A stretch of DNA of 32,000 bases, from the NCBI RefSeq assembly GCF_016127575.1, contig NZ_CP066020.1:210001-242000 (forward strand). The letters are read 5' to 3'. Under the pieces are notes generated by a model that saw only the letters and a list, made by a program, of their open reading frames with translations, was not told the DNA's origin and did no database searches. Below are positions 26,130 to 32,000 of the stretch, piece by piece (position 1 is the stretch's first letter; every line of letters starts with the position of its first letter). This DNA is from Cupriavidus necator. GTDB lineage: Bacteria > Pseudomonadota > Gammaproteobacteria > Burkholderiales > Burkholderiaceae. Position numbers and translations under genes: made by a program.

Positions 26130-29100
26130 TCAGGTTCCTGTCCGAATGCGGGACCGGGATTTTGTCGTCGCGGCGACGGCCGGTGCCGCCGGGATCGGCT
26201 CAAAAAGGGCCTCGATGTCTTCGGCGGAGAATTTGACGGCGCCGGCGGCATCCTCCGACAGGATCGCCTCGGCCAGCGCGGCTTTCTGCGCTTGCATCGC
26301 GACGATTTTCTCCTCGACACTGCCACCGGTGATCAGCTTGTAGACGAACACGGGCTTATCCTGGCCAAGGCGGTGTGCGCGGTCAGTAGCCTGATTTTCC
26401 ACAGCAGGATTCCACCAGGGATCGTAGTGAATGACAGTGTCGGCCGCTGTCAGGTTCAGGCCAACGCCACCGGCCTTCAAGCTGATCAGGAAAAGCGGTA
26501 CCTCGCCTTGCTGGAAGCGTTCGACCGGGGTGATGCGGTCCGTGGTATCCCCGGTCAGCATGACGTAGGGAATGCCGGCGTTTCGCAGGGCTGCCGCAAT
26601 GAGATCCAGCATGCTAGTGAACTGCGAGAACAGCAGGATCCGACGGCCTTCCTCGATAAGTTCGGGCAGCATGTGCAGCAACAGGTCAAGCTTTGCCGAC
26701 TCCTTGATCCGGGCCGCCTCTTTGATCTTGACGAGCCGCGGATCGCAGCAGACCTGGCGCAGTTTGAGCAACGCCTCCAGCACGATGATGTGGCTGCGCG
26801 CGAGGCCCTTGGCAGCGACGGCCGCCCGCACCTTTTCCTGCATGGCAGCGCGCACTGTTTCGTACAGATCGCGTTGTGCGCCTTCGAGTTCCACCGTGCG
26901 CACGATCGTCGTCTTCGGGGGCAGCTCGGTGGCCACCTCATCCTTGCGCCGGCGCAGCATGAATGGCCGGATGCGCCGCGCGAGCAGGTCGCGTCGAACG
27001 GCATCGCCGCCCTTTTCGATGGGAGTGCGCCAGCGTCGCGTGAAGTCCTGGCGGGTACCGAGAAAGCCGGGCAGCAGGAAGTCAAACTGCGCCCACAATT
27101 CACCGAGATGGTTTTCGAGCGGCGTGCCTGTCAGGCAGAGGCGGTGTCGCGCACGCAGTGTTCGGATGGTTGCGGCGGACTTGGTGGCGGCATTCTTGAC
27201 GTATTGGGCCTCATCCAGAAGCAGCAGGTGATAGTCGTGGCCGGCAAGGATTGCCTCGTCACGCCACAGCAAGGCGTATGTGGTCAGGATCAGGTCGTGC
27301 TCGCCGATCTGGTCAAAGCGATCGTGACGCTGGGGGCCGTGCAGATCCAGCACGCGCAGCGTCGGCGTGAAGCGCTGGGCTTCCTCGCGCCAGTTGTGCA
27401 CGAGGGTCGTCGGCACGACGATCAGCGCAGGCCGGTCCAGCCGGCCCCGTTCCTTTTCCGTGAGGACGTGCGCAAGGGCCTGGATCGTCTTGCCCAGTCC
27501 CATGTCGTCGGCCAGTACCCCGGACAACCCGTGCTCGCGCAGGAACTGCATCCAGGCGAGCCCCTGGCGCTGGTAAGCACGCAGTTCGGCCGTCAGGCCG
27601 CGCGGCACGGGCACGTCTGCCATCCCGGGACCCGCCATCAGCCGCTGCGCGAGCTGCCGGATCGATGCCGCGCCGTCAAACTGCCAGCGCCCGGTCTGAT
27701 CCAGGGCATGGAGCCGGGCTGCATCCCACTCGGAAATGCGCATGCCGGTGTTGAGCGCGTCGAACAGGTCGATCAGCACGCGCACGACGGGTTTCAGCCG
27801 GTCGGCACCCAGGCGCAGCCGCTCGTTGCGCTCGGTCTTCAGATCAATCGCTTCGTCGTCGGGGATGCCATCCAGCCTGCCTGACAACCAGCGCGAATCC
27901 CGGCGAAAGAGGTCAGCCAGCAGCGGCTCCAGACGCACCGTACGGCCGTTGACAGTGATGCCCATCTCGACGTCGAACCAGCCATCACCGGTCTGACGCA
28001 GGCGGCCGTCAATGGCCTCGATCTCAATCACATTGTGCCGAAACGCGTCCGTCATGACGACGCGCCAGCCACTTGCGCGAAGGATCGGAAGCAGCACCTT
28101 CACGAGGCTTGGCCAGCTGGCATGGTCCTCGGGGCCGAGCATGTCGGCCGGAAACGGGGCTGGCCCAAAGACATGGTCGGCCCGAATCTTCCGGAACCCG
28201 GCCTGTTGCAGTTCTGTCAGACGCTTGCGCTCGAGATCGGCGTCCCGTTTGATCTGGACGACCTCGCCACCGGTGGTTTGAAGGAGAGTGGTGCTGCTGT
28301 GCGCCGGGAGGCTGTGTCCTGCGTAATCAAAGCTGACCGTCGCAAAATCCTGCGCCGAGGCCCATGTCGACAACGTGTCCAGGGCCAGGACGGGCACCGG
28401 CGCGCAGTGGATGCTTCGCACCGACGCCGTTTCATGCGCAGGCGGCATCGGGAGTTCGGGCGCCACGTCACGCAGCACATTCCCAACCAGTGCGGCCTCG
28501 TCCAGCGTAATGGCCGGCATGGACAGGAAATCGGCGAGCTGTTCGGAGGGCCAAGGCATCGCCAGGATGCCGGCTTCACCAGCATCCGCGTCGACGTACC
28601 AGCACGGCTGGGTGCTCGTCAGCAACAGGGAAGCGGGTGGTTCGGCTTGCAGAAGCGGCCGCACGCGCGTGTCGGGCTGCGCCTGCCAAGTCAGTTGCGC
28701 GCCGCGCGCGGCTCCGACTTGCAGCGCACAGTGCGTGCCGGGATAGTGTGAGCCCGCGGGCGAAAAGGAAACAAAAGCCCGTCCGGTTGCCATCAGTTGC
28801 TCCAAGATGACGGCACCGGTTGCGCCCCGCAGGCCAAAACCACCCATATAGGAGGCATGTGAGCGGCCCAGCCATAGCCCGCGCAGGATCGGCAGATCCG
28901 CTTCGGTAACAAATTTGGGGGGTTCGACCAGCGCCTTCTCGATGTTTTGCCACGGATCGTCAAGCGAGCGAATCGTGCCGTCGGCGCCAACGCGTGCCTT
29001 GTAAATCGTTACCTCGCCGCCGCGGTACGATTGGCCGATCACGTAGGCTAGGGCATGCGTGGGCTTGGACGGCTTTTTCTTGGCCGCGGGATTGGCGGCC

Positions 29101-29486
29101 GTGCGCCTGGCACGAAAGCCTTCAAGCCAGCTCACCAGTTCCGCGCGCACGCCGGTGGACGGTGGCTTCGGCTGGTGCGCCAGGCCGGCGATCAGCAGCG
29201 CTGCCACATGCTTGCAGTCGACCCCAACTGGACACGTGCATTCGCCTTCCACCCACATGTCGTCGTCGACGTCGTGGAAATACACACGCACGTCATACGG
29301 ACGCGTGCGGGTGCCTTGCACCAGGCCCGCCAGGGTGTCCTCGTCGATCCAGCGCAACTCCGAGACGGCACTCGCATAGGGACGCGCCTTGGACACCGTG
29401 AACGGATCCAGCCATTGCGCGATTTGCCTGGATTGGTAGGGGACAGACATTGACTGAAGGAGGCCGGTGGACAACGTCGGGAGCAT
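26130..29486 (-). CDS. Fused SWIM zinc finger plus SNF2-family helicase (1118 aa)
   Basis: The N-terminal SWIM motif is VEGECTCPVGVDCKHVAALL. Helicase motifs are LRAYQRQGLAWM, LADDMGLGKT, LLLDEAQYVKN, LTGTPLENHL and GGVGLNLTAADTVIHYDPWWNPAVENQATDRAHRLGQ. Confidence 0.9.
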   Translation of the reverse strand: MLPTLSTGLLQSMSVPYQSRQIAQWLDPFTVSKARPYASAVSELRWIDEDTLAGLVQGTRTRPYDVRVYFHDVDDDMWVEGECTCPVGVDCKHVAALLIAGLAHQPKPPSTGVRAELVSWLEGFRARRTAANPAAKKKPSKPTHALAYVIGQSYRGGEVTIYKARVGADGTIRSLDDPWQNIEKALVEPPKFVTEADLPILRGLWLGRSHASYMGGFGLRGATGAVILEQLMATGRAFVSFSPAGSHYPGTHCALQVGAARGAQLTWQAQPDTRVRPLLQAEPPASLLLTSTQPCWYVDADAGEAGILAMPWPSEQLADFLSMPAITLDEAALVGNVLRDVAPELPMPPAHETASVRSIHCAPVPVLALDTLSTWASAQDFATVSFDYAGHSLPAHSSTTLLQTTGGEVVQIKRDADLERKRLTELQQAGFRKIRADHVFGPAPFPADMLGPEDHASWPSLVKVLLPILRASGWRVVMTDAFRHNVIEIEAIDGRLRQTGDGWFDVEMGITVNGRTVRLEPLLADLFRRDSRWLSGRLDGIPDDEAIDLKTERNERLRLGADRLKPVVRVLIDLFDALNTGMRISEWDAARLHALDQTGRWQFDGAASIRQLAQRLMAGPGMADVPVPRGLTAELRAYQRQGLAWMQFLREHGLSGVLADDMGLGKTIQALAHVLTEKERGRLDRPALIVVPTTLVHNWREEAQRFTPTLRVLDLHGPQRHDRFDQIGEHDLILTTYALLWRDEAILAGHDYHLLLLDEAQYVKNAATKSAATIRTLRARHRLCLTGTPLENHLGELWAQFDFLLPGFLGTRQDFTRRWRTPIEKGGDAVRRDLLARRIRPFMLRRRKDEVATELPPKTTIVRTVELEGAQRDLYETVRAAMQEKVRAAVAAKGLARSHIIVLEALLKLRQVCCDPRLVKIKEAARIKESAKLDLLLHMLPELIEEGRRILLFSQFTSMLDLIAAALRNAGIPYVMLTGDTTDRITPVERFQQGEVPLFLISLKAGGVGLNLTAADTVIHYDPWWNPAVENQATDRAHRLGQDKPVFVYKLITGGSVEEKIVAMQAQKAALAEAILSEDAAGAVKFSAEDIEALFEPIPAAPAVAATTKSRSRIRTGT

Positions 29487-29828
29487 TTTACGCGGCTGGA
29501 CTCGCGACCGGTAAGGCAGCAGATCCCAAATCGAAGGCGAGCTGGCTCGTCTCGGTAGGCTGGGCCGGCGATCGTCCTCGGCGGGGAATTCGAGTCGTCG
29601 TGATCGACGCGGGCGGAGATTTCCGGCGGGTGTCGACGCCGCTTCATTCTGCGGGGAGGGCCGGCGTGTGCCTTCGTCAGCAGGTCAATGCCCAACTCTA
29701 ATGTCTAGTGGGTACCTCGACCAGAATGGCGCAACGGGGTCGGCCGCCCGGTCGAACAATTCCGGGACCTTCCGGGACGATCAGTATTCCCTGTGGCAAG
29801 GTGTCGAACTGACGCTGGAGTCCCATTG

Positions 29829-29849
29829 ATGTACAATTGAAACGTACAT
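29829..29849. promoter_or_regulatory. Inverted repeat ATGTAC-N9-GTACAT just upstream of phd; likely operator
   Basis: Perfect 6-bp arms lie about 25-45 bp upstream of the ATG at 29873. An AAGGGAG RBS follows. Confidence 0.4.
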
Positions 29850-29872
29850 ATCAAGCAAGGGAGCACCTTTCC

Positions 29873-30145
29873 ATGCAAACTATCCCGTTTTCTGAGGCAA
29901 GAGCGCACCTCGCTGATGCGCTGCGAGGTGTAGAAGTGGCACAAGAGCCCCTACTGATCTCCCGGCGCGGGCAGGCTGCCGGCGTCTTGATGTCGTGGTC
30001 TCAATATCGACAGCTGGTTGGGTCTTCCTCTGGCTTTTCTGCGCGTCTGGCAGAGTGGCGCCAACAGCATTTGACAGAAGAGAATGAGAGCGATCCCTTT
30101 GCGCAAGTACGCCAACCCGATGGGGGAAGAGAATTCTCATGGTGA
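29873..30145 (+). CDS. phd: Phd/YefM-family type II antitoxin
   Basis: MQTIPFSEARAHLADALRGVEVAQEPLLISRRGQAAGVLMSWSQYRQL is the typical Phd/YefM N-terminal domain. Its stop overlaps the vapC start. Confidence 0.85.
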   Translation: MQTIPFSEARAHLADALRGVEVAQEPLLISRRGQAAGVLMSWSQYRQLVGSSSGFSARLAEWRQQHLTEENESDPFAQVRQPDGGREFSW

Positions 30146-30564
30146 GCGCCGTGAGTTGGTTGCTCGACACCAACATTGTTTCAGAGGCCATGCGGCCGAG
30201 ACCTGAGGTCGCGGTAACGGACAATTTGGCCCGCTACGAGGGGGAGCTAGCAATTCCGGCCCCGGTCTGGCACGAACTCCGTTATGGCTGGTTGCGCATG
30301 CCGGATGGCCAACGGAAGGACGCAGTTGGCCGTTTTGTGCAAGATGTCGTGGGCACTTTGCCAGTCTTGCCTTACGACGCTGCCGCAGCGCGGATCCACG
30401 CGGAGCTGCGCCAGTCACGCGAGCGGGCTGGATTCACATTGCCATTCGTGGATGGGCAGATTGCATCGGTTGCGATAGCGCATGGGCTAACCTTGGTGAC
30501 ACGCAATACGAAGGATTTTTCGGAATTGACTGGTTTGCGGCTGGCGAACTGGTTCGTCCCCTGA
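30139..30564 (+). CDS. vapC: VapC PIN-domain toxin
   Basis: WLLDTNIVSE (first PIN Asp), then PFVDGQIASVAIAHGLTLVTRNTKDF (conserved D and TxN). The length is 141 aa. Confidence 0.9.
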   Translation: MVSAVSWLLDTNIVSEAMRPRPEVAVTDNLARYEGELAIPAPVWHELRYGWLRMPDGQRKDAVGRFVQDVVGTLPVLPYDAAAARIHAELRQSRERAGFTLPFVDGQIASVAIAHGLTLVTRNTKDFSELTGLRLANWFVP

Positions 30565-31241
30565 TTGCCGCGAGGACGAGGCGATCATCAAGGCAGCCAT
30601 CGACGCCGGCCAGGAAAAAGGCATTCAGCAGCCAGGCCGATCTGCGCAAGCTGATTGGTGTCGACCTGGCGTAATGAACTGGAACAGCACGGAAAAACGG
30701 AAGGATGGTGCTGACGTTGAAAGATGGAGAACCGCAACCGGCGATGGACGTTAGATGACATGTCGCCGCTGCGACCGGGCATCCACGTGTGGGCCATGGA
30801 TGCAAAGCCCGCTATGCCCGGGAAGACGCGGCTGGTTGAAGAGTTTCGTTCTCGGCAATTATTTCTCTTGCGGCGTTTCGCGAATCCTTTTGCGGAGACG
30901 ATGAGACAGATCTTGGATCCTGGCGTGTCGGCGTTGCGTAGTCTCCTGCGCTGGGAAACAATCGGTTGGAGGAAGTGCTGGGGCCAACAACGTGGATATC
31001 CGCTTTAATCGCAACCTAAGCGCTGGCTCCGCGCGCGTAACTCGCCACGTCATCTTGACCCCTGCAATAGTGGCTGATCTGGTCAGTCCGCGGCTCGGCT
31101 CGCTGCGGCTTTGAACGCCGAGGACTGTCGCCGTCAGGCGCGCCGCGTGCGCCTCCGCGCGATCACGGGCGAAGCTGGAGGGGCTGCTGCCACGCGCCCG
31201 CCCGCCTCGCCGCGGCCTCCTTGTTCTAGCCCATGGGGCCA

Positions 31242-31260
31242 GGAACAAATTCTGCAAAAA
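31242..31260 (+). repeat. Seventh copy of the GGAACAA..TGCAAA site
   Basis: GGAACAAATTCTGCAAAAA has the same 5-prime context (GGCCAGGAACAA) as the copy at 3844. Confidence 0.7.
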
Positions 31261-31381
31261 CCGAACGCGGTGCAGCAGCTTGTGGAGCGCCGCCTTGCGC
31301 TTTGCGATGGGCCAGTCGCGGATGTGGCCCGCACAGTTCCGCAACATGAAGGCAATTTAGGGCGCACGGTGGATTCTCTCC

Positions 31382-31408
31382 AATTGTCTACGCAGGGCGT
31401 AGACAATT
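31382..31408. promoter_or_regulatory. 12-bp perfect inverted repeat AATTGTCTACGC-agg-GCGTAGACAATT upstream of the recombinase-like gene
   Basis: Read directly from the sequence. A third half-site-like ACAATGTCTA follows at 31415-31424. The second arm runs into ACAATTCTGC, which resembles the core of the GGAACAA..TGCAAA site. Confidence 0.6.
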
Positions 31409-31573
31409 CTGCGTACAATGTCTAAATGTGACTTATATTTAACATAATGATTGTTATGCGCGCTGTTGGTATGTCCTGAAGTGTTGCGTGTGGGACGGCA
31501 CGGAGGCTTCAAGTACCGCAACGGAAAAGTGCTTTTATGGTATCTTTCGCCGTTGCGTTTTGTTGTGGGTTTT

Positions 31574-32000
31574 ATGTTCGTTCAGGTCAGCGCCGCCGCC
31601 GTGCCGCGGGCGCTCCGGGGGGTTGCGCTGGTCGACAGCAACCACATGCCCAGGTACTGGGCCGCGGTCTGGCTGGTCATCGCGGGTGCTCAATGGGCAA
31701 AGTCCACGCAGACCATGCGGCTGCGGTACATCGAGAACCTGTATGAGCATGCGGATCGGTCATTCAAGGCGAATGCCCTGGATGACGCGCTATCTGACCT
31801 TGACGATGCCCGGCTTGCGGACATTCTCGAGTCGTGGTTCGTGAGTCTGCGTAATCAGCCTGTCGCCACTCGCAGCAATGAGGACCGGTGGCAGACCGGA
31901 CTGGCATTCGTGACATCGGTGGTCACATGGCTGTCGAAGTCGGCGGACGCGAAGATGCGACAGATCGAAGCGCGCATCCACCGACTATCAACTCTTTACC
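31574..32000 (+). CDS. Probable tyrosine recombinase/integrase, N-terminal part only; runs off the right edge
   Basis: This frame is not in the ORF track because no stop occurs before the window end. My translation from the ATG at 31574 is MFVQVSAAAVPRALRGVALVDSNHMPRYWAAVWLVIAGAQWAKSTQTMRLRYIENLYEHADRSFKANALDDALSDLDDARLADILESWFVSLRNQPVATRSNEDRWQTGLAFVTSVVTWL. It resembles N-terminal regions of integrase-family proteins of Burkholderiaceae islands as I recall them. The catalytic domain is not in the window. Confidence 0.45.
   Translation, partial: MFVQVSAAAVPRALRGVALVDSNHMPRYWAAVWLVIAGAQWAKSTQTMRLRYIENLYEHADRSFKANALDDALSDLDDARLADILESWFVSLRNQPVATRSNEDRWQTGLAFVTSVVTWLSKSADAKMRQIEARIHRLSTLY

Noticed and set aside
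30565-30680. A short reading frame after vapC ending ...FSSQADLRKLIGVDLA-stop, possibly the tail of another small TA-type gene
   Set aside because: It is too short, has no start codon or RBS, and I cannot assign it to any family. It is probably a fragment.
30859-31347. A 162-aa minus-strand ORF between vapC and the recombinase-like gene
   Set aside because: It is mostly an Arg/Ala/Pro-rich shadow-type sequence and it spans the repeat copy at 31242. Only its first ~30 residues (MLRNCAGHIRDWPIAKRKAALHKLLH) look protein-like, and they might be a truncated gene stub. That is not enough to call.

Overview
This is a GC-rich accessory region. It looks Burkholderiales-like, judged from a Bv3F/H-NS-type protein and a PhaZ-type PHB depolymerase relic; that assignment is inference only. 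I found no rRNA, no CRISPR array and no IS transposase.

Supported content, left to right:
- An OLD-family ATPase/Toprim nuclease that runs off the left edge, with a divergently encoded multi-pass membrane protein.
- A cluster of six ~19-bp GGAACAA..TGCAAA sites in a convergent intergenic gap. A seventh copy lies 27 kb away, beside a partial recombinase-like gene at the right edge.
- A cold-shock-domain/DUF1294 protein and a membrane-anchored Mrr-type nuclease with a topoisomerase-type zinc finger.
- A more A/T-rich two-gene cassette of unknown function (6094-7250).
- A parDE toxin-antitoxin (TA) pair.
- An SNF2 helicase, SWIM protein and UPF0158 gene string, with a histone-H1-like Lys/Ala-rich gene upstream.
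- A well-folded 88-nt class-II-type tRNA with a CAU anticodon.
- A decayed PhaZ gene, then an H-NS-family gene with a clean terminator.
- A metallophosphoesterase.
- An XRE-HTH/AbiEii nucleotidyltransferase pair and an orphan RelB/DinJ antitoxin.
- A histidine kinase pseudogene with three lesions.
- A second, fused SWIM-SNF2 helicase (1118 aa) and a phd/vapC pair.

The many long ORFs antisense to the real genes are GC-driven shadow ORFs. All family names come from reading the translations and recalling motifs. No database search was run.

The most interesting items are the odd tRNA, the repeated-site arrays that may mark mobile-element borders, the uncharacterised two-gene cassette, and the two SNF2/SWIM modules with H1-like basic proteins.
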